Shown here in pieces: positions 57,021 through 64,000 of a DNA stretch of 64,000 bases. Each line of letters opens with the position of its first letter. The stretch's first letter is position 1. A program made the translations under genes and the position numbers. The DNA is from a bacterium (GTDB taxonomy: Bacteria; Patescibacteriota; Microgenomatia; Levybacterales; UBA12049), in contig JAJYDJ010000002.1 in assembly GCA_021777565.1 (NCBI GenBank), positions 197,082-261,081 on the forward strand, given 5' to 3'. A model generated the notes under the pieces. The model did no database searches. It saw only the letters and a program-made list of their open reading frames with translations, and was not told the DNA's origin.

Positions 57021-59186
57021 ATGAACCCGAATGACCAGAATGGCATCCCAGATTTTCTTAAGCCGGTGAGCCATGAAGAGGCACTCAAAAAATTTACCAT
57101 CAACCTCACACAGGTCGCCAAATCAGGCAAAATAGATCCTGTCATCGGACGCGAGTCAGAAATCCGTCGTGTTATGGAAATTCTTTCAAGGCGTACGAAA
57201 AATAATCCTGTTCTAATAGGTGATCCAGGTGTTGGGAAAACCGCTATCGTTGAAGGATTAGCGCTTCAGATTGTCGAAGGGAAGGTCCCAACCACTCTGA
57301 AGGACAAGGAGGTTTTGATGCTAGATTTTGCTCAGCTGTTAGCGGGAGCGAAGTTCCGTGGCGAATTTGAAGAGCGCCTCAAGGGTGTTATTAAAGGGAT
57401 AGAAGACAGCGATGGCAAATATATTATTTTTATTGATGAGCTTCATACAATTATCGGTGGTGGATCCAGTGAAGGTGGGACTGACGCCGCCAACATTTTG
57501 AAGCCATCACTTGCTCGTGGGACTCTGCGTACGATTGGAGCAACAACTGTCACTGAGTATCGACGATATATTGAGAAGGATCCAGCGTTGGCAAGGCGTT
57601 TTCAACAGGTTTTGGTTGAAGAGCCTACGGTGGAAGATACTATTTCAATTCTTCGTGGCATCAAAGAGAGGTATGAATTGCATCATGGCATCCGTATTAC
57701 AGACAATGCACTCATTGCCGCAGCTCGTCTGTCAGCACAATATATTCCTCAGAGATTTCTTCCTGACAAGGCAATTGATTTGATTGATGAAGCGGCAGCT
57801 GCTATTAAGATTGAGACAGAGAGTATGCCTGCAGAGTTGGATGCGCTTAAGCGTCGCATTACCCAGCATGAAATTAGTCTCACAGCGTTGAAAAAGGAAA
57901 AGACTGATATCGCACGGTCCCGAGCCGAACAAGAGAGGAAAGACGCAGAGCAATTGAAAAATGAAGCAGAAACTATAGAGAAGCGTTGGAGTGAACAGAA
58001 GGACTTAATTCAAAAATTGCAGGGAGTAAGAGCAAAAATAGACGCGTTGCGTATAGAACTTGAGCAGGCAGAAAGAGACGTCCAATTGGAAAAAGCTGCA
58101 GAGATTAAGTTTGGTAAGATTCCGGAATTAGAAAAAGAACTACAAACTCTTCAGTCAGAGTGGGACAAAATTCCAAGTGAAGAAAAAGTACTGCGTGAAG
58201 AAGTAGATGAGGATGATATTGCTAAAGTCGTTGGTCGCTGGACAGGTGTGCCCGTCACACGGATGCTTGCAAGTGAAGCAGAACGACTAGCACATCTGGA
58301 AGATGAACTGAAAGAGCGAGTTATTGGGCAGGATGAAGCGCTAGTACTTCTGGCACGCGCTATTAGACGGTCACGTTCTGGATTGTCTTCCAAATCAAAA
58401 CCGGTTGGTTCATTTCTTTTCCTTGGTCCAACAGGTGTGGGTAAGACAGAAACAGCCAAAGCACTGGCTACGATTCTGTTTAACGACGAACATGCAATGA
58501 CGCGCATTGATATGAGTGAATATCAGGAATCACACACTGTGGCACGACTGATTGGCGCACCTCCAGGATATGTTGGATATGAAGAAGGTGGGCAGCTCAC
58601 TGAGGCAGTCAGGAGAAAACCATACTCGGTGATCCTTATCGACGAGATTGAGAAAGCTCATCCACAGGTATTTAATCTTTTCTTGCAAATATTTGACGAG
58701 GGAAGATTGACGGATAGTAAAGGAGTTACGGTGGATTTCAAAAATGCCATCATTATTATGACAAGCAATATTGGCAGTGACATCATACTGGAAGAATCAA
58801 GTGCAAAGAAACAAAATAAGGATGAACTGCAGAAGAAAATGTGGGCAAGACTTCGTGACTTTTTCAAACCTGAATTTTTAAACAGGCTTGATAGTGTTGT
58901 AATCTATAACGCGTTAACAGTTCGCGATATGTTAGAAATTGCGAAATTACAACTTGAAGAAGTGAAAGAGAGACTTGCTGAAAATGATATCAACTTTACC
59001 TTTGATGATGACCTGGCATTCTACTTTGCTGAAAATGGGTATGATCCGGATTTCGGTGCCCGTCCACTCAAGAGGCTTATCGAAGAGAAGTTGGTCGATG
59101 AAATTGCTATGAGAATTGTTGAGAATCGTATTAAACCAGGAGATACTATTACTCCCAAAATTGAAGATGGGAAAATTACCTTCTAA
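57021..59186 (+). CDS. clpB: ClpB-type AAA+ disaggregase lacking the N-terminal domain
   Basis: Two AAA modules ([16 protein letters not shown]), long coiled-coil M-domain between Walker B and sensor of D1; 721 aa. Confidence 0.85.
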   Translation: MNPNDQNGIPDFLKPVSHEEALKKFTINLTQVAKSGKIDPVIGRESEIRRVMEILSRRTKNNPVLIGDPGVGKTAIVEGLALQIVEGKVPTTLKDKEVLMLDFAQLLAGAKFRGEFEERLKGVIKGIEDSDGKYIIFIDELHTIIGGGSSEGGTDAANILKPSLARGTLRTIGATTVTEYRRYIEKDPALARRFQQVLVEEPTVEDTISILRGIKERYELHHGIRITDNALIAAARLSAQYIPQRFLPDKAIDLIDEAAAAIKIETESMPAELDALKRRITQHEISLTALKKEKTDIARSRAEQERKDAEQLKNEAETIEKRWSEQKDLIQKLQGVRAKIDALRIELEQAERDVQLEKAAEIKFGKIPELEKELQTLQSEWDKIPSEEKVLREEVDEDDIAKVVGRWTGVPVTRMLASEAERLAHLEDELKERVIGQDEALVLLARAIRRSRSGLSSKSKPVGSFLFLGPTGVGKTETAKALATILFNDEHAMTRIDMSEYQESHTVARLIGAPPGYVGYEEGGQLTEAVRRKPYSVILIDEIEKAHPQVFNLFLQIFDEGRLTDSKGVTVDFKNAIIIMTSNIGSDIILEESSAKKQNKDELQKKMWARLRDFFKPEFLNRLDSVVIYNALTVRDMLEIAKLQLEEVKERLAENDINFTFDDDLAFYFAENGYDPDFGARPLKRLIEEKLVDEIAMRIVENRIKPGDTITPKIEDGKITF

Positions 59187-59216
59187 TTCTTCATTGCTCC
59201 CCCTAAAAATCTAGGC

Positions 59217-59222
59217 TACAAT
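59217..59222 (+). promoter_or_regulatory. -10 TACAAT 6 nt upstream of GTG start 59229
   Basis: ggcTACAATcaagagGTG. Confidence 0.35.
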
Positions 59223-59228
59223 CAAGAG

Positions 59229-60884
59229 GTGAAAAGATTTTTCTCTTCTCAGTGGTGTATTGTAATCGCTATTTTTCTTCTGGCACTTGGTATTCGTGTG
59301 ATTAGCTTGTCTAGCCTCCCAAATGGATTTCATATTGATGAAGTCATGACTGGCTATGTGGGGAGACTCATCCTTTTGACCGGGAGAGACATCTATGGGA
59401 ATCATTGGCCACTCTGGTACTTTAATACTTTTGGTGATTATCGCGTTATTGCACCGTTTTATATCAATGGACTTTCGACGTTTATATTTGGTGTAAACAT
59501 TTTTGCCATACGATTCCCTGCTGCCCTTTTTGGGGCATTGATTGTATTCCCAATGTACACGATCAGTAAGTCAATTTTTGGGAAAAATTATTTTGCCTAT
59601 GTCCCTCCCCTTCTTTTGGCAGTATTGCCTTGGCATATCATTCTCTCTCGTGCAACATCAGAGGGAATTATGGGGTTAACGGTGCTCCTGACTGGTATGG
59701 CTTTTTTGGTAGCATCCATTCAAAACAAGAAGATGTTACACATTCTAGTTGGGACAGTTCTTCTTGCAGTGACTTATTTTTTATACCCTTCATTTCGTGT
59801 CTTAGCACCTCTGTCCTTAATACCATTTATTTTTATTGCATCAGAAAAGAAGAAATGGTATGCCATCATGCTTCTCTTGCTGCTAGTTCTGACGTACTGT
59901 GTCGGGAATACGGTATGGGGGAGAGGGAGATTTGAACAAACCTCTATTTTCTCTGGTACCACAGCACAGCAGGTAGCCGCACGTACCCAAGGGCTCTCCT
60001 TTGCAGAAGGGCCATCTCATATTGTCCTTGCAAAGATATTTGACAATAAAGCAGTCGCCTATTCAAATATTTTGTTAAACAATTATTTAGTTTACTTCTC
60101 ACCACAATTTCTGTACGGGAACGAAAGATTCCCAGACCGTTATGTTGTCCCTTACTTCGGACTTTTGTTCGGAGCACTGATACTTCTTTTGACAGGACTG
60201 TTACTTCCACGGATAAAAGAAGAGAATCTTTCTTGGTATCTTGCCTGTTGGTATTTTCTTATCATTGCGCCACTCCCTGGTATGCTTACGGCAGATGATA
60301 TCCCAAATCTTCATCGTGTTCTTTTTATGATGATACCTTTTGTTTTGATGGGAACCTATGGACTGAAGCGATGGTTATCTCTCTTTAAGAGATGGCCAGT
60401 TGCTCGTAATGGGTTTATTGTACTCTGCGTGATAGCGGGGCTTGGGGAGTTGGTCTTTTTTGGCCATGCGTATGCAGTACAATCACCATCCTACAGAAGT
60501 GAAGCCCGTAATGATGGGTATATTGCCCTTGTATCTTATTTAAAGCAAGCTCATGAGAACAATATCCCACTTCTTATTTCAGCGCAAGATAGCGTGGCCA
60601 TATATTATCTTTTCTTTACGAATAATTTTGATCAGAAGTATGCAGGGGCCTTCAAAGGTGACGTGAAAATAGGACAAATTGATAACATGACTTTTACGGA
60701 CATGTGGTGCCCATCAACAATTTATGCAAAGGACCCTTACAAACCTCCCGTTACGATTGTTGAATATGGAGACTGTAAAGTCCCTTCAACGTATAAAATA
60801 GAGAAGGTAATTATGAGAAAAGATAGTACAACTGCCTTCCATGTCCTCACCTGGCAAGGGCTCCCACCAGGGGCACAAAATTAG
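59229..60884 (+). CDS. GT39/GT83-family (ArnT/PMT-like) membrane glycosyltransferase
   Basis: Multi-TM; conserved HIDEVM Asp-Glu motif in first extracytoplasmic loop; 551 aa. Confidence 0.75.
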   Translation: MKRFFSSQWCIVIAIFLLALGIRVISLSSLPNGFHIDEVMTGYVGRLILLTGRDIYGNHWPLWYFNTFGDYRVIAPFYINGLSTFIFGVNIFAIRFPAALFGALIVFPMYTISKSIFGKNYFAYVPPLLLAVLPWHIILSRATSEGIMGLTVLLTGMAFLVASIQNKKMLHILVGTVLLAVTYFLYPSFRVLAPLSLIPFIFIASEKKKWYAIMLLLLLVLTYCVGNTVWGRGRFEQTSIFSGTTAQQVAARTQGLSFAEGPSHIVLAKIFDNKAVAYSNILLNNYLVYFSPQFLYGNERFPDRYVVPYFGLLFGALILLLTGLLLPRIKEENLSWYLACWYFLIIAPLPGMLTADDIPNLHRVLFMMIPFVLMGTYGLKRWLSLFKRWPVARNGFIVLCVIAGLGELVFFGHAYAVQSPSYRSEARNDGYIALVSYLKQAHENNIPLLISAQDSVAIYYLFFTNNFDQKYAGAFKGDVKIGQIDNMTFTDMWCPSTIYAKDPYKPPVTIVEYGDCKVPSTYKIEKVIMRKDSTTAFHVLTWQGLPPGAQN

Positions 60885-60896
60885 AAGTGAAAAAGT

Positions 60897-61868
60897 TTAA
60901 TTGACAACACTTTGAGGATTTCCTTGGCAGACCGCAATTACATTCTCAACCCACATGGTCATAAGATTATCAAGGGATTGTTGAGTGAACCAGGCAACAG
61001 TTACTGATGGCCAAACATTTCCCACGTATTCAGATACCGGTTTAGCATTGTCACCTTCAAATGCATACCCGCTAATTTTATTCTCAGCAACTAACTTTAG
61101 AAGGTAGTCTTCGTCAAATATGACTTTTATTCTGTTCAATCCAATGAATAATGCATCTTTACGAAGTAAGTCAAGCTTGTCATTCCCAAGTAGTCCTTTC
61201 GTTTCGTTGTTTTCTATGAGTGCGGGGATAATTATCTGAGATGACTTTAATAGTTCATCAAGCTCTTTGTACTCAAAACGATCATCTCGAGACGACTTAG
61301 ACCAATACGTTACGTTGGCGCCAAGTCCTTGAAAATTTTCTGCAATTCTTTTCCCAATTCGTCCAAGTCCAATAATGCCGACAGTACTTCCTCTTATTTG
61401 AAGTGGTTGTGTGTCCCAATTGATCTGCCAATTATTTTTCATGTGAAGAGGTATCCTTCTAGCAATCTGCATACTCAATGCTACTGCGTATTCAGCAACA
61501 GAATCTGTTGAAAATCCTGCACAGTTAATTGCAAGAATACCCTTCTCTTTAAGAAGTACTGGCTTGATCCAATCATAAGAAGTAGATGATGTAACAACTG
61601 CTTTTACATTTTTAACAAGTTCACCGAGTGATTCAACATCAAGATCCCATTCAAACGCATCGGGATCAACTGCAAGGACTTTGTCTTCAGTGTCAGTTTG
61701 CAAGGCTTGAATATCTGCAAGTTTTCCTTTATGCGAAATGGTGATTACTTCTCCAAAATCTTTTAACTTCTCAATTGCGTCTTTAGGTAAAAGAGGTATA
61801 TCTCCAGGATAGATAAAATATATATGCATACTATTATTTAATTTTAACAGTTGTGATGTAAATTGCAA
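60897..61868 (-). CDS. D-isomer-specific 2-hydroxyacid dehydrogenase (PGDH/glyoxylate reductase family)
   Basis: GIIGLGRIGKRIAE NAD-binding motif; catalytic His/Glu/Arg region. Confidence 0.8.
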   Translation of the reverse strand: MQFTSQLLKLNNSMHIYFIYPGDIPLLPKDAIEKLKDFGEVITISHKGKLADIQALQTDTEDKVLAVDPDAFEWDLDVESLGELVKNVKAVVTSSTSYDWIKPVLLKEKGILAINCAGFSTDSVAEYAVALSMQIARRIPLHMKNNWQINWDTQPLQIRGSTVGIIGLGRIGKRIAENFQGLGANVTYWSKSSRDDRFEYKELDELLKSSQIIIPALIENNETKGLLGNDKLDLLRKDALFIGLNRIKVIFDEDYLLKLVAENKISGYAFEGDNAKPVSEYVGNVWPSVTVAWFTQQSLDNLMTMWVENVIAVCQGNPQSVVN

Positions 61869-62691
61869 TTATGATTTCTACAGCACCAATAATAAAAAGA
61901 AGTGTCGGTATCTCTTTAAAGAAAATAAGACCCAAGAGTGCTCCAACAATTGGTTCAAGCATCAAAATCATAGTGCCGGTACCGGCAGAGACAGTAAGAA
62001 AACCTTTATTTGTTAAGTAATATGCGGCAAAATTAAAGACGCCAAAAATGAGGATTAACATGCCATTGAACGGATTTAAGTGAATAGCTTGATGTTCCAA
62101 GAAGATGGCGCCAAATGCACTCGTAAGCATTGCTATGCTGACACTCCAGAAAGTTATACTCTCTGGAGAATATCCTCTCTTAAGAAGAACACGGCTCCCA
62201 ATCACATATATCCCAAAACAGGTTGATGCTAAGAATGCGAGTGTATTCCCCCAAAGGTACTGTCCAAGCTGTGTGGGATTAAATATCAAAATTAAAACAC
62301 AGAAAAGGAGCACCATGGCAATTGCAAGATTTTTTGTAATCTTCTCTTTTAAAATGAAAGCAGCCAGAATGCCAGTTATGATGGGGTAGGACGAAAAGAT
62401 AAATACAACGTTACCAATAGTACTATGGTAAATTGCATAAGTATAAAGCATGATCTGAAGCCCATATCCAACGACGCCCATGATCAAGATGACCAGATAG
62501 TCACTTTTTGTCTTAAGCAATAGATTTTGTTTTTTTTGGATAGTTACTGCTCCCATGAGTGCGCAGGCGATAATGAGGCGTAAAAATGTCTGCCCAAAAG
62601 GGGCTAAATCTGTGCTCAGAAATCGCACAAGTATGCCCATTGAGCCATAGCAACACGCTGCCAGAACTAAATAAAGGTAACCTTTTTTCAT
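61834..62691 (-). CDS. EamA/DMT-family transporter
   Basis: 10 TM helices, two EamA repeats. Confidence 0.7.
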   Translation of the reverse strand: MKKGYLYLVLAACCYGSMGILVRFLSTDLAPFGQTFLRLIIACALMGAVTIQKKQNLLLKTKSDYLVILIMGVVGYGLQIMLYTYAIYHSTIGNVVFIFSSYPIITGILAAFILKEKITKNLAIAMVLLFCVLILIFNPTQLGQYLWGNTLAFLASTCFGIYVIGSRVLLKRGYSPESITFWSVSIAMLTSAFGAIFLEHQAIHLNPFNGMLILIFGVFNFAAYYLTNKGFLTVSAGTGTMILMLEPIVGALLGLIFFKEIPTLLFIIGAVEIIIAIYITTVKIK

Positions 62692-62740
62692 AAGAAGAAG
62701 TTTACAAGAGTGGGTAGGAGTTGTATAATTGACGTCGGAT

Positions 62741-63544
62741 ATGTCCGACAGGTCATTACAACTGCAACTAGAGTCCTTTGGTCTTCATGAAATTGAAGCA
62801 AAAATTTATCTGTATTTGGTTAATAAGGAACCACAGACGATATTAGAGATAGCTCGTGCACTAGGGCTTCCAAGGACCTCAATATATGATAACAGTACTA
62901 AATTGCTGGAGAAAGGGTTAGTTCGCAAAGAGATTGGATACAAAACCCAGAAATTTCAGGCGGCACCACTAGCCATGATAGAGGGTCTCATCGATAAAGA
63001 AAGGGAGAGAATAACCCAGATGGAAGATGATTTGAGTAAGCTTCAGCAAAATCTTGCACATGCATTTATACCGAATGCAACAACACAGGTCAGATATTAT
63101 CATGGCGTTCAAGGATTTCAGCAAATGATGTGGAATGCACTCGATGCTGAGAAAGAGTTAATTGGGTATTCACAATTCGGCCGGGTAGAGGTGGTGGGTG
63201 AGAAATTTGCACTCAGGCACCACGAGGAAACTAAAAATCGGAAGTTAGTTGATAGAGTGATTACAAATCCAAGAAAGGATATTATCGACTTTCTAAGTCT
63301 ACCTATAGAAATCGAGAGAAGAACGTATCAACATATTCGTTTTGTCGATCAAAAAGATTTATATGTCTCTGGAGATGTAACGATTTACAACAACGTGTTT
63401 GCTGTGTGTTACTGGCAACAAGGAGAAGTCGTTGGGGTTGAAATTGAAAATGCGGAATTAGTTAAGCAACAGAAAAGTATTTTTGAACAAATGTGGCAGA
63501 TTGCACAACCGTGGGATTCTTATTTGCTAAGTGAAAATTTGTAG
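62741..63544 (+). CDS. TrmB-family transcriptional regulator (N-terminal wHTH)
   Basis: EAKIYLYLVNKEPQTILEIARALGLPRTSIYDNSTKLLEKGLV; track TTG start 62729 lies inside TGTATAAT. Confidence 0.6.
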   Translation: MSDRSLQLQLESFGLHEIEAKIYLYLVNKEPQTILEIARALGLPRTSIYDNSTKLLEKGLVRKEIGYKTQKFQAAPLAMIEGLIDKERERITQMEDDLSKLQQNLAHAFIPNATTQVRYYHGVQGFQQMMWNALDAEKELIGYSQFGRVEVVGEKFALRHHEETKNRKLVDRVITNPRKDIIDFLSLPIEIERRTYQHIRFVDQKDLYVSGDVTIYNNVFAVCYWQQGEVVGVEIENAELVKQQKSIFEQMWQIAQPWDSYLLSENL

Positions 63545-64000
63545 TCGTTGAAGTGGTACTTCATCCTGAGTTTAGAAATATTCAGTGACAGGTAGGAATT
63601 TATAGTAGGATCATCGATAGTTTTGTTTTTCCCAATCTTTTTTACTGCTTGTTGCAACAACTCAACGTATACGAGAAATCTTTCCAGAGCTTGTTGTTGA
63701 AACTCAGATAATTCTTTAATTTTGATTTTTTCGATAATCTGTTCAATTGGTGTATCAACATTTCTTTGGAAATAATGCAATCTGTTGCGAAAGGTTGCCA
63801 GACTCCTTTTGTACAGTTCCTGGTCAAGTTCTTGTGCTTTTTTGCGATTGCCAATAACTTCTTGAAAGCCTGCCATCATGAGGAGTTTGGTTCTATCAAT
63901 CATTGATCCGCCAGCACTGTCTTTCTCTGGGACAGAAATATTCATAATTTCATTTTGTGCACGAGCAATTGAGGGGAGAAAACAAGCAAGTGCACCCTCA
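63520..64000 (-). CDS. hypothetical protein, 5' end beyond window
   Basis: Minus-strand frame open to nt 64000; convergent 25-nt overlap with the TrmB-like gene. Confidence 0.4.
   Translation of the reverse strand, partial: EGALACFLPSIARAQNEIMNISVPEKDSAGGSMIDRTKLLMMAGFQEVIGNRKKAQELDQELYKRSLATFRNRLHYFQRNVDTPIEQIIEKIKIKELSEFQQQALERFLVYVELLQQAVKKIGKNKTIDDPTINSYLSLNISKLRMKYHFNDYKFSLSK

Noticed and set aside
1-64000. Search for CRISPR arrays, IS elements/transposases, integrases, prophage genes, rRNA operons
   Set aside because: No direct-repeat/spacer arrays, terminal inverted repeats with a transposase ORF, or rRNA-like conserved stretches were seen. The only repeats are short intergenic inverted repeats and in-frame low-complexity codon repeats.

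Overview
The window is 64 kb of compact, AT-rich (~40% GC) bacterial chromosome in standard genetic code, dominated by the classical translation/transcription core. It runs from the 3' end of rpoC through rpsL-rpsG-(3 inserted genes)-fusA-(4 inserted genes)-tuf, then four accessory genes, then the S10-spc-alpha operons from rpsJ to rplQ, rplM-rpsI and recA. It ends in a mosaic of housekeeping genes (rny, hup, ABC and AI-2E transporters, a UvrD-like helicase-nuclease, rmuC, tsaD, serS, secA, clpB, a GT39 glycosyltransferase, a TrmB-family regulator). Ribosomal protein L30 is missing between rpsE and rplO. That absence, the many small or minimal proteins and the low-complexity tails are consistent with a reduced-genome Patescibacteria/CPR-like organism; this is inference only. 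Three genes not in the ORF track were found by eye: an RNase P RNA (rnpB, minus strand, 39126-39454), a tRNA-Pro(GGG) (minus, 31064-31134), and rpmJ (L36, 26020-26133, overlapping the infA stop). Also found by eye: a 26-aa Lys/Thr-rich peptide with a strong Shine-Dalgarno site upstream of secA, and a candidate 38-aa membrane peptide. The most striking pattern is regulatory. At about 20 loci, including divergent gene pairs, a -10 hexamer (TATAAT/TATACT/TACAAT/TAAAAT, often with an extended TGn) sits 5-7 nt upstream of the start codon, implying widespread leaderless mRNAs. Strong GGAGGTGA-type Shine-Dalgarno sites are used for operon-internal ribosomal genes, hup and a few small genes. No CRISPR array, IS element, prophage or rRNA gene was seen.
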